DNA of 64,000 nt. It comes from Hormiphora californensis. Its lineage: Eukaryota; Animalia; Ctenophora. Made by a program: the position numbers and the translations under genes. The notes under the pieces are model-generated. The model worked only from the letters and a program-made list of their open reading frames with translations. It searched no databases and had not been told where the DNA came from. Positions 25,520-50,281 of the stretch are shown here, in pieces. Location of the stretch: assembly GCA_020137815.1 (NCBI GenBank), contig CM035360.1, positions 3,844,001 through 3,908,000 on the forward strand, in the 5' to 3' direction. The stretch's first letter is position 1; the number at the start of each line of letters is the position of its first letter.

Positions 25520-26089
25520 GGCCTATCAGTGAACGTAAAATCATTATATTTTGAAGAAATAAGGATTAAGGGATTATGTTTTAAAGCTATACCAAAAGTA
25601 TGGCTTCGCATTCAAATAATGAAAACCCCTGTCCCCTGGAAATTTTACTCGCGTACCGGATCCCGGCACGGAGTCGTATGGGGACGGAGAGGGCCAGCGT
25701 TAAAATCTGGGTGTTTCGTGAGTGCTGACAAACGGTTTTTCAGGGTTAGGGTTAGGGTTGGGGTTAGGTCTTGGCATTTCCTACCAGATAAACTTTGAAT
25801 TAGCCAAAACGGTTGAGTGGTTTGGCGGTTAGAGCCATTTTAGTGAATCAACTTTTTTGGCAGCGCACACCTTTAAACAGGCCACCAAACACCCAGATCG
25901 TAATGGCGCCCGACGGAGAGGGTAAGGTGTCATTTTTTGAAAATTCACAAACCCCAACACCGATTGGCATCACTTTTCAACAGCCGAGGCCCGAGGAGAA
26001 GCTGGCAAGCGCAGTGCGGGTCGCGGGATAAGGCAGCACTCTTCAACCGATTACCGAAGAGAGGCTTCAAAAAAAGAAAAGAAAGTGAC

Positions 26090-26328
26090 CTAAAGTCGAA
26101 TTTTTTAATCAAGGGACAGGGGGGGGGGTTTTTTGACGTTATTTCAAACCCGCATATCTCCGGTTCCTGATAAGATAAAGACTTGAAATTTGGAGGTTAT
26201 GAAGAACTCAGCATGATCTTCTCAACCTCTAAATTTTAAGTCTCTATCTTATCAGGAACCGGAGATATGCGCGTTTGAAATAACGTCAAAAAGACCCCCC
26301 TGTCCCTTGATTAAAAATTCGACTTTAA
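26090..26328. mobile_element. Palindromic core of a non-autonomous DNA element (probably extends ~26000-26990)
   Basis: ~105-bp inverted arms taaagtcgaattttttaatcaagggacag...gaggtt / aacctc...ctgtcccttgattaaaaattcgacttta. Confidence 0.6.
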
Positions 26329-27102
26329 AATTCTGTCTTCTTTTGTCCGCACCCGCGCGCATCGAGTTTCGACTTCGAATTTCGCAGCGTTTAACGCCTC
26401 TTTTTACGCCGCAGCCGTTTTTCATAAGGGACATGCAGCGAAAAGAAGCGTACGAGAAAACTTTTTTTAAAAGGGCCAAGGGTTTTTTGCTTTCGGATTT
26501 TGAATTTTTTTAACGTTTGGCTTCCGTTCTTCAGCTTGTGCGTTGGGAGCCGGGAGGCGCTGCCTTGTGGCTTATCCCACACTGGTTGACGTAGGAGAGG
26601 CCTGTAGTTTATGAGTAAACTCGGGTTTAAAAAAACTGTCCGCCCCCTCTTTTGCAATACAGGTGTTAGCTCCACGCTCTGATAATTCATAACTCATAAG
26701 ATAGATAATTCAAGGTTAAGAAGGTCATTTAGAGTTCTTCCTAGCTCTAAATTGGTTAGAGCTAAAGGGGGATGTTTAAGAGACTGATCGCTGACACCGT
26801 TTATGTTTTTGTCTAAAGTTTATCCATCAAGTTTCATCAACTTTGAAATCTATACCCAGTCTATATCAGGAACCGGAGATTTTTCAGATAAAAATTGTGC
26901 TAAATTATGGGTGGGGGGGGGACAGTTTCAATCGCTCATCTTCAACGATTTGACACAGTTTGCATGTGATATGCCCGCAAGTAGTTGTGATACCTAATAT
27001 TATGCATAATATACCTACGAATCACATCGTCACACTGACAGGAATATCTGAATTTAGATATGTAGCTATATATTAATGATTTATTCTCTACTACCATTAG
27101 GA

Positions 27103-36176
<9,074 letters not shown>

Positions 36177-36427
36177 GTGTGCAGGAAAAAGGTGCGTTCT
36201 GTTTCGGTATTATCATGTTTGAGGTTCTTATATCCCTTGCCTTGCTCCATCCTGTCTCACCGTTGTAAAAAAGACTAACGACTCATTTTTTGATCATTCC
36301 TGTGATAACATCTTACGCTCATTTCGGTGACAATTCATGTCACCCATAACACAGCACCCTTGTTTCAGTTGACTCTGACAGCTATAACAGTAGGACACCA
36401 AACCAAAAAGAGAACTATAACTATAAA

Positions 36428-36716
36428 TTCCTGACGACACAACTCATTCCTGACGACACAACTCATTCCTGACGACACAACTCATTCCTGACGACACAAC
36501 TCATTCCTGACGACACAACTCATTCCTGATGACACAGCTCATTCCTGACGACACAGCTCATTCCTGACGACACACAACTCATTCCTGACGACACAACTCA
36601 TTCCTGACGACACAACTCATTCCTGACGACACAACTCATTCCTGATGACACAGCTCATTCCTGACGACACAGCTCATTCCTGACGACACACAACTCATTC
36701 CTGACGGCACAACTCG
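36428..36716. repeat. 19-bp tandem repeat (ttcctgacgacacaactca), ~15 copies
   Basis: Seen directly; no spacers. Confidence 0.93.
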
Positions 36717-36849
36717 TTAGGAATATACCATTGACCGCTGGAATTGTACAGATGAAATTAACAGATGTAGATTAACAGACTTATTACACCATTAGAACTC
36801 TGGTCTCACACTCTCAATGCAGCTGCTGTGAGAGACAGCTGTTGCTTCA

Positions 36850-37266
<417 letters not shown>

Positions 37267-38015
37267 TCCTCACTGCGTCCCGGTTAGCCTTTGTTTCTTC
37301 TCTCTCTCATTACTCCCTGGATGCTTCTTTCTCAGTGTTTACTAAATCCACGTAGTAAATTATTCAGTCTCCCGAACTCTTTTCACATCCTCTATTTCTC
37401 TCAAATAATTAATTCGCATGTTTGTAGTAGCAGCCAGCCATTTCTCTCTATATCAAGATTCCTTTCATTGAGATAATATCTAGTGACGGACCAGTTGTTT
37501 ATCTAGCAAACAATTAGTGGACAATTGACAGGATTTGACGATGCTCTCACAACCTCGTTACTTTCAAACTGACATTTTCCACGGGACTCCCCCAGTACTT
37601 CCCTATTCGTTGTTTACTGTGCAAAATTCATGACTATTTAGTCACTCCATCTCTTACGTTTTCTGTTTCTCTCCTTCTCTTTCTCTCTCCCCCCTCTCTC
37701 GCTCTCTTACTCTCTCTCTCCATCTCTGCCTCTCTCTCCCTCTCCTCCACTCACTAAACCTCCCTGCAGGCAGTAACTCTTCTCTCCGTTTCAATGGCCC
37801 TAACCTGCCTCCTTCTCTACCTCCCTGAACTATCACACTCCTCCGACATATCCCTACATCAAACTGTGTCAGATAAAGCAACAAATACCCGTCGGGTCAT
37901 ACTCCTCGTGATGTCTTTCTACCTGAATTTATCTGTGGGCGCATCTTCGGGTACTATCCTCCCGCCTCTGTAACTGGATTATATTAGAGTTTATTTAGAT
38001 TATTTATTATTATTA

Positions 38016-39273
<1,258 letters not shown>

Positions 39274-40200
39274 TGCCAGCGCAGTGATACGAGATTTTTC
39301 TCCTTCTAACTTTTTACCCTCTTTATTTTCTTACAGTCCTATTTTAATATAAAGGACACATCTTACGAAACATTTTAGTATTTACACTCTTGAGTCATAT
39401 ATCTTTTCCTAACTTAAACCTAAATCCTTCCGATGTGTAATGAATTATGAGCGAGTAGTAAAGTCATGAGTCAAGTGTGTATTATAATTTATTTGAGTGT
39501 GCGCTCTACAATTACATATGTATGTACTCTTCACAACATACAACTAGCTAATTATTGTGCAAGCTAACAAGGGAAATGCGTGTCGCTTTGTTTGTGTTCA
39601 ACTGTTGAACTTCAACAGCCATTGTGCTAACAACTTCCATAGATCATACTAACAGGTCAATATGTAAACTATCTACTTACTTTACGTGCAGAATCAAGTG
39701 CGTTTTTCTGGCCTGTGTATATATATATTCGTGTTTAATTATCAAGATTTTGTTTGCATGACGTTATCGTAAATTATCGTTTATCGGGGTTTCGTTGATT
39801 TTCGTTATGATGCAAGGGATTTTCTTAGATTTAGTATCTGTATTCTTGTATTGATTGTAGTTTTTTTAGTTTGCAGGAATGATTTTCTATCCCCTTATCT
39901 CCTATAAATTATCGATGGTAAGTCACCCCTCTCTCTCCTTGCTCCCCCTAATTCATTCCCTGACCCCCACTACACTAAATATGACAGCTTCTCAATTCCC
40001 TAACATAGCAGGGTAAATATGTCGTCTCTCCGGTGATCCACGTTGCAGAATTTCTAGTTATTTCTATTGCAATTCCGAGGTAAGAAAACACGATTTTAGG
40101 CGTGTAACTTGAGAATCTAGTTCCGGGCATTTTGACACTATAAGATAATCAGACGAAATAACATCTTGCTTTTAAATTTAGTATTGCTTTGGCTGAGTTG

Positions 40201-40519
40201 TAAAGTCGGATTTTTTGAAGTTGTCACCCCATCTTCACACGCGGCGTCGTATTTGCGCATGACAGCCCCCACTTGCTCTCATTTTTCGGCAAAAAGCTTG
40301 TATTGTTCATACTATTATGGAGGTGCAACAGCACAACAAAAAGCCGCATATCATCATATCAGCCACATATCATTTTGTGAGTCCGTAAAGCTTTTGTTTG
40401 ACAAAATTGGTCAAGAAACAAAGGCGTGAGAGCCGGTGAGAGCCAAAACAAGTTTCCGATGCGCAAACAAAAACTCGTGCGCCACCCAGGGGGTGACAAC
40501 TTCAAAAAAACAGACTTTA
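40201..40519. mobile_element. MITE family 'taaagtcggattttttgaa', copy 1
   Basis: ~30-bp TIRs; internal sequence shared with 47465-47726. Confidence 0.75.
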
Positions 40520-40633
40520 AACTACATTTGCTAGGGCATCTTAATCTACTGATAATTCCACTGCTTTTTGCTAATTCCACTACTAATTCTGCTGCTTATT
40601 TTCCCAGTAAAGATCTGCCGATCGTGTCGAGCT

Positions 40634-42211
<1,578 letters not shown>

Positions 42212-43190
42212 AATTAGGACTCATAATTTTCAACGCATCATCACAATTTCGACGGTTTTTAATATTTAAATTGACAACTTCTTAAACAAGTATGTAATAA
42301 ACAATTCTCATTTGTTTTTTAATTAATCTTAGGCCATTTTCAAGTGTGAAAGCACAGAGAATACTTCAACTCATTTTTACGCCATTTTTAATTTTTGGTG
42401 AACAAAAAAACCCGTTCGGATTATTGTTCTGAGGACTGAAACTATTTCTATACGAATGACAAAATATCTAAGATTGCAACTTGTTAGGTGTTGTTATATT
42501 GTCTTTTCCAATAAAACCATTGTCATACTTTCTACTTTTATATTTTACATGTTACTCAAACGCCGAAAACGGAAGTCGTCTGACTTACAATTTCGGACAA
42601 AGCAAGGTATTAAGAAATGGCCTGAGGAGCATCAACGTAACGCGCGAGGAGTCAAGAGTAGCGCACTCGGCGCAACATCAGCCGATATTGGATTCAGGAG
42701 TTTAACATTTCCAGACGCGCTTTTGAACGTAGCACGCGGTAAATACATATTATAACGGCATAAATGTGCCGCGCATTTGAATAAATAATTTATGATTTTG
42801 AAATTCAAGCTGACTTTTGGAAGTCTTTTTTGAAAAACTCCGAGGAACTTTTCAGTTTTTGAAACTTTTATTTTCCTGTTTCCAGTTTCCTGGGCTCTCA
42901 GACCTCCCTAGACCTATATTTTGTGTTTATACTTACTCTAATTTACTAATTACTTGTGCTCTCACTGACAGCATTCGTTTGTTTGTGGTGTGTTGCCGCG
43001 ACTTTCCAAAATCTGGCCCAAAATCGGGGTCTGGCGCCGCCAGACAGAACCTGGGGCAGCTGTCAGCTACTATGCGACATGCGTTCTCGAGCTCGTGCAT
43101 CTTTTCATAATAAGTGTCTGACAGACGGCAGATGAGAAGGGCAGTGTCCCAATAATAATACTTATAACGACTTTCTTTTTAGTGTCTAGC

Positions 43191-45748
43191 ATGAATCAAA
43201 AATCAGCCCAGCTAGTGCTTGGAATCACTGCCATAATATTTCTAATTGTGGCAACTCTTTTTACTCTCCTGCTCAACCGAGGAACATTCCCTACTAACCA
43301 CCGCGCATTTGATTTGAACGACAAATCAATATCCTACCCATACCTTCCGAATACAATCAACGGATATGTCAATGTCGCTATTAACACTATCATTTCCTTG
43401 GGAATTGGAATAACTTGGATATTTTACCACAAATCACAAATCCGGGTCCATAGCAACTTCACGATCCTGGCATCACTCCTGATCTACAACATTGCAATGG
43501 GTGGTATGCTGGTGAACTTGTTTACCAACGTTTTCAAGCACATGATCGGGGGATTGAGGCCCCATTTCATGGCCAAGTGTATGGTAAATGAAACAGTGAA
43601 GGATGAAATCTTCAATAAAACGGGCGGCACCTGGGTGGATATTGATTACTCTGAGATTATCTGTACAAACACCCATAAACCTGAATATCGGTGGTCTCAT
43701 CCCCTCTGGACATTCTTCAACGGTAAGTCACACGCTAAACACAGAATTTGAACACACATCTGAAATTTGTAAACCTGTAATGCAATCGATTTAGGGCAGA
43801 GGAAGGGTGTCTAATTCATTACACGTATTTTTGGAACTCATATATCACACGTTAATGCTCTGTCAGGCCAATGCTCTGACCACAGTTCTCACGCGCTCTG
43901 TGTGCAGAACCTTATTTGAGAGAAACGAAAATGGGTCAGACCAATGCTTGTGTTACTACATCAAAATCCCCCGCCGCATTATGAACAAGTTTATGCTGCA
44001 TACACTGTTCTTTGGTTGTACCCCGTATCTTCACTACCTGGCGGCGCCATGCGACACCGATTTGATTCTGACAGGGCGCTCAGATGGGGGTCCACGGCGC
44101 CAGACAGTATCTTCACTATCATCAGCTACTGATCTAGTGAAATGTACGACGTCAATGACGTCACATCATTGAAACTTTCTGTTGAGCATGTGGTATTATA
44201 ATGCAGCAGCCCTGCAGTGGAATTCAGCTGTCAACTTTTTTTGCATCTCTGTGATAGATTTTGCTCTTAAAAATTGCAGCATCTGTGTGTCATGGCCAGG
44301 CACATACAGCAGGCTTCTCAATATCTCTGTGTCTCTTTCTCTCTCCCACTCTCTCACCATATCTCTCATCACATCTCTCTCTTATCTCTCACTATCCTCC
44401 CTGCTATTTTGACTGTCTCTCTCCCACTCTCTCACCGTATCTCTCTCTCCTACTCTCTCTCCCACTATCTCTATCTCACCAACTGCTATTTTGACTGCCT
44501 CTCTACGTACTCAGTGCAAGATCTGTCACCTCTCTGTCACGAGAGGAAGAAGAATCATTTCAACTGTCACAATGTCGCTAACGCTGCATCACTGCCCCGT
44601 CATTATCTCCTGCACTTGCACCACTATATTCCTACTGGTAGCTAACATCCATCATACAATTCACCTGATCTTATCCCTACTACTGTTCATGGGTTCTCGA
44701 TCCATGATCCCAACCTCAACTACCCCATCCTCCCATCCTCTTCCATCCCTGGTCCCTGCTATCCTGGGCCTCTGTCTTGTTTTGGAAGCGTGTCTACTAG
44801 CAGTGAACACTATCACCCGGAAGTCTCCCTTCGTGTACCTATTCGCTGGATGTGGCAACTTCCTCACTCTCTCCTTGACAACCCTTATCAAGAGGCTGGC
44901 CGGGGAGATGAGGCCTTGTTTTTTGGGAATGTGCCAGCCGAATTCTACCCTGGCTCCGGATGGTGTGGTCAATGCTTCTCTTGCTAGAGTGATCTGTCTG
45001 GGGCATGAGGCAGATGATGCTCGCCACTCTTTTCCATCTCGTCATACCAGTCAGGTAGCTTCACTTTATTTCATATGTTAGAGTTCGGAAAAACAAGTAC
45101 CGAGCAGCTATATTAGTACCCTCTGTAAAGTGCAAACTTGTTAGTTGCTAAATTAGGGGCATTTATCACCGACTTGAGGGTGGGGGTTGTAAGCTAGCTA
45201 AGCCGTGCCAATTTATTGCTTCGAAAATGTAATTCCTCTTCTGTTTTTCAGGCGTTCTACGGTATGATTCTATCAATACTACTGCTCAACGATTTCAAGT
45301 GGACCCTTCCCTTCCAACCTATCAAGATGTCGCTCCAGTTCTGTATGCTAACCTTTGCCACCTGGGTTGGAGCCACTAGAATTATGGGTAGGTAGTAATA
45401 ATAATTACCGACTATGTTCTGGTGCCCGATCTCACGCATGGTTTCAGAATAACCACCCAACCACCCTTCTCCGTCAGACTAACCACCCTTCCCTCCTCCC
45501 CTCTCCCTCAGACTACCTCGATTAATAACCCCTACCCTCAGACTAACCACCAAAACACCCTCTCCCTCAGACTACCATCACCACTGGTACGACGTGCTAG
45601 CGGGTCACTTCTTGGGACATTCTTTGCAGTCTTCACATACCACTGGTTTATTGTGCCCGTTATACGGCTGTTCCTGGAGAATGCCAAAGAGGAGGAAGCT
45701 GTGCCAGGGAATTCCTCTCTCCAACGTGAGTTAAACAGACACAGCTGA
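43191..45748 (+). CDS. PAP2-family phospholipid phosphatase (PLPP/wunen-like) with two candidate 5' exons
   Basis: Exon A 43191-43722 (KHMIGGLRPHF; SHPSGHSST after removing one C). Exon B ~44572-45054 (KRLAGEMRPCF; SFPSRHTSQ). Shared exons 45252-45387 (ATRIM) and 45572-45748 (DYHHHWYDVLAG). Confidence 0.8.
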
Positions 45749-47334
45749 ATGTGTAATTGCCGTGTAATTACCGTGTAATTATCGTGTAATTAATTGTTAA
45801 TTAGTATGTAATTAGTGAGATGTATGTAATGTGATGTTTTGTTCATTCTTTCTCCACGACGAGACCGTCTGAACAATCAACAATGTGTTAAATGATCAAT
45901 ATTACAGACAAAGTCCCGATAGACCGACAGACTTCGGAGCTCCTACTGATAGAGTAAGCTGCAGCTTGATTGAAATCTGAAATTCTTCTCCGTGTGTTTT
46001 TTGTGTTCGTGTGCAAACTCTTTTTGGCACCCCCTGTTTTATCGATTTGAGTTGGACTTTATCTTTTAGTTGTACTTGTATTGTTCATACTCAATCGCCC
46101 TTACGAGGCAGTATGGACAAGTCAAAGTTATCTTTGAGGCTCCTAGCTCTCTTAAAGTGCCACCGATAACTAGATGTAAACAATTGCAGTGTAGTTGTCA
46201 GAGGAGAGTCCGAACTCCGCCACAGAGTCAACAAAATATTAATGTAACCAATCCTAGACAGTAGACAATCCTAGATATATACTCAGTCATAGCATTATTT
46301 ATGAATACACGACCCGTTAGTCCGGTCGTATCTGCTGAACCCTGCAGTCTGAACTCTGAGCTAAACAAGTCTGTTACTTTTACCGAAAAGAAAATCTAAG
46401 ATATCATGCATTCAAAGCATTTTAAGAATTCCAATTTCTAAGTCAAAACTCAAAGATTCTTTTGAAAAAGCCATTGCTGAAGCTCTTGCGGGGTACAAAA
46501 CTAAAATCTCTCCAAGTTTCTAAACAGCTAGTTTGTTAATTAATGTATAATTAAATAATTAAGTTATGCATATAATAACCACACATCAGGGAACAAGAGT
46601 AGGGAGCTGACGAACCCGTCTGTAGAAAATGGAGGCTGGGTAAACGCTCAAAGTGTGAGGCTAACTTGACCGATGATTATGATGCATAATACTAATCTGA
46701 TATACTATCTGTCAAGACAAATTATATATTTCATGTTTTAAGATTAAATACGCTTGTTAAGCTGGATTCAGCATGAGAGATGAACCTTAGCATTCGAACT
46801 AATCTGTATGCCGTACGGTACACCACAACTCGTAGCACTGATATAAACTACACACTCTGTAGTCTGTTGAGAAAATTAATACTTGTAAAATTTATCATGA
46901 TTATGTAGATACACGTGTACGTACGCATACTGATTGAATATACAAATATCCAACAAGTAATGTTAAAATTTAATTTCTTAAAAAAAGGCTTCCCTAGCAT
47001 GATTACAAACCTAGAATGTTCTATAGACGACAGACAAGTTTACATGTTGCAAGTTTGACAAATTCTTTCTGATATTATACGGGCGCAGGGTGCATTTGAC
47101 AGTTTTCCTGCCTAACCTAGGAATTCTTGTACTCACACTATTAGTAATTACAATTTACATACACGATATATAAAGCACACACACACTGACACACTGACAT
47201 ACTGAGAAATGCGACAATACATGACTTTCCGGGTCTTTGTGTTGCTCTGCCGACCCCTCACAGTGTGAGCTACACATTCTTTGTTTAACACTAAAATATA
47301 CTACAAACCCCTACTAAATCTTCTTGCATGTTAA

Positions 47335-47463
47335 AGTGTAAGCGAAACAACAACGAACTGGCTGCGCGTTCCGCAACGTTGCGCATGTGAATCTCTCCGG
47401 TGAGATCGTTATGCGCAACGAATGCGCGACGCGCAGCCAGTTCGTTGTTGTTTCGCTTTCACT
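47335..47463. mobile_element. Small palindromic Kolobok-type MITE
   Basis: TTAA on both sides, AG...CT termini, ~55-bp inverted arms. Confidence 0.7.
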
Positions 47464-47464
47464 T

Positions 47465-47726
47465 TAAAGTCGGATTTTTTGAAACTGTCGCCCCCCCCTT
47501 TTCACACGCAGCGTCGTATTTGCGCGTGACAGCCCCCACTTGCTCTCACTTTTCGGCAAAAACCTGCATATCATCGGAAAGAGCATAATTTTGTGAGTCC
47601 GTAAAACTTTGGTTTGACGAAATTGGTCTAGAAACAAAGGCGTGAGAGCGAAAACAAGTTTCCGACACGCAAATAAAAACTCGCGTGCCACCCAGGGGGG
47701 CGACAGTTTCAAAAAATCCGACTTTA
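47465..47726. mobile_element. MITE family 'taaagtcggattttttgaa', copy 2
   Basis: TIRs taaagtcggattttttgaaactgtcgcccc / ggggcgacagtttcaaaaaatccgacttta; homologous to 40201-40519. Confidence 0.8.
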
Positions 47727-47990
47727 CTACCCAGCTCTTTCAAATCTCAACTACAATATAATCTATGTGCTGCTGATTTATCGATAGCAAGTTTCTCATT
47801 TTCACAGCAACTAAAAGCTAACACTCTCTCTTTACAGGGATAACATACGGGTCAGTACCGTGAACCATCATCTCTCAACAGTACCAGAGGTAGCCCAAGA
47901 TACCGCCCCGCCCATTATATCACAGGCTGCTATTGAGGTTGAGATGGATCCAGTGAAAGAAACTCATGAACTGTGACAGAAAGAACAGTA

Positions 47991-48201
47991 CATTCGGACC
48001 CCGATTTAGTGGCACCCCGATTTAGTGGCACCCCGATTTAGTGGCAGGATTTTTTCCTCCGATATAGGAAAGTAACATTACATATTTGACCCCGATTTAG
48101 TGGCACCCCGATTTAGTTGTGCTGTTGTATGAACAATACAACGATTTAGTGGCAGGATTTTTCCCCCGAGGATGCCACTGAATCGGATCGGGGTCCGACT
48201 G
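47991..48201. mobile_element. pogo/Tigger-type MITE
   Basis: TA flanks; TIR ca(g/t)tcggaccccgat; subterminal ccccgattta repeats like the element starting at 62475. Degenerate relative at ~15705-15810. Confidence 0.8.
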
Positions 48202-50281
48202 TAGTTGTGGTTATTGCAGTATGTCACATGGGTGAATGGAGAGTGGTGAACAATGTGATTTTATAGTTTAAGGATGGACAGATCTGTATTTTAAAGTTGA
48301 TCGTGCCAGTGATGAATGATGATTGTTCTACATGAACATTACACTTAAATAATGTTATTTTGATTTAAACTTTCAGTATGGTTACATTTAGTTAATTTTT
48401 CTAGTTTTCGCGACATTTAATTGTTTTTGATACAAAAACATTCTCTTGTTAAATATTATATTGGCAGTTTAAATTTGTACAATGAAGTTGAACTCCAGCT
48501 GGGTGTTGTTGAGTAACAAGCTGGGTAAATGGCATACAGTGCCCGCCCCAGTGCCCAGTGCCCACTCAACTGCTCAGTCACTGTATAGGTTTAAAAAAAC
48601 TCATTAAAAGGTTCTTTTACTTACCCTACTAAAATCCCTTTCAGACACGATAACACTGATAAAAAACGCACACACGGAGCTAATTAGTTATATCTTGGGG
48701 ACAGGTAGCGACTGGGACACGACTAGCGAGCTACCAATGCAGGGTATGTATTCTTGAACTGTTATACTAACCTGAATTCCTTTGTCTCATATAATAAGAC
48801 TGTCCTCGGCCCGCTAGGATAAGTAAATCGAGCAGCGTGCGCTATATTACAGTCAGTGCATGACTAGAATTCCTAGACCAAGAAAGGGGAATATATCTGA
48901 CCACCATGATACATAATAACGATAGTTATTTTACACGTAATAATATGCGCCTATATCGATAGCTATCTGTATAATATGGCCAGACCAAAACCTCATTTTT
49001 CATAAACACACATATTCTACATTAGACAATTTGACCATTGGGCGGAAAAGAGGGTCTGTATCAAGACTGTGTGATAGACTCTACAATTGTACTCTGTCAG
49101 AGTATTGGCCTGACCCTATTTTCATTTCTTTAAAATAAGGTTCTGTGGAGTGCACAAGAACTGTGGTCAGAACTTAGAGCTATATCGGCCTGACAGGTTG
49201 TACTCAACTTCCAGTTTACTATGCTTTTCATAATGGGAGTGGTTACTTTAGCTTTGATACTGGAGTCTGGAAAGAGCGTGGAAACATCTGGTTGGTTGGA
49301 TGTTCACATTTCCTGTCGGGTATACAAGACTGCTAATAGACCCTTTTGCCTAGAACCCGTACTCCTTATTTTACTGCTTTTGCTATTGGGCATACACGAC
49401 AGCTAACATACTGGTATGCCTAATATATATTTGCCTAGCAGTCCTGGGTAAACGAGACTGGGGCATACAAGACGGCCACCCGTGGAAACATCTGGGAGAG
49501 TCCAAACAAGGTAAATTGAAACGGCTGAAAGGTTTTCAGTGCAGAAATGATGTGGCAAGAAAATTCGTTTCATAACTTTTACACAATGGATATGCGAGCT
49601 GGATATTTTTTTGGGCTTTGGTTGGGGTCTTTTGAGTGTAAACGCAGAATGGCGGGAAACGCCCAAGTTTTGGCTGAACCATTTTGTTGATTAAGGGGTA
49701 CTCAATAACTTTTATTATTATTTTGTAGGTAGATTCAACGCACACATATTATACACGCTCCGCAACTCGAGTGAGTTGTAGCATCAATATCATTACACAC
49801 GTGATTTAATCACCTGTTAGCACAGTCTGTATCATTAACCCAACATGTCTTGGTGAGTTAAAACGCAGTACGCACAATATTATCCGTGATCCTTGTGGTC
49901 TTGATGCAATTCGCATTTAAAGCTATATGATCACAGCGCATATAAATCATCGATCTCTCTATCCGGTATTTTATAAGTTCTCTAATCTCCATATTTCGAA
50001 ACCACAACATATATAATCCGGTTTTTCGTAACCACTTAAAACTGAGACATATTTACTGATCTCTCAAACCACTACTCATGTTGGCCAGTTTTCTACGCTT
50101 TGATATTTTGTGTTGTCCAGTCTTTATCCAGACACTCATATTTTTTTTAAATATCAGAATGATTCTCCTGCTGTGCCAATCTTAAGGGGCTGGTTGCACT
50201 GTCCAAGGCATCATGATAAAGCGGATTGGGGCCACTTGGGGACCTCCCAACTGGTCTCGCGTGTATCAGAGTGGAGTCAGA

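Noticed and set aside
25742-25768. Telomere-like TTAGGG run (and CCCTAA units at 60634-60840)
   Set aside because: Only 3-4 imperfect units within dispersed repeat or minisatellite; not a chromosome end or fusion signature.
36428-36716. CRISPR-like regular repeat
   Set aside because: Head-to-tail 19-mers with no unique spacers, no cas genes, eukaryotic context.
47838-47975. Orphan terminal exon ending ...KETHEL*
   Set aside because: Good acceptor, but its phase does not give this frame with the nearest donor (45726) and no parent gene can be assigned.
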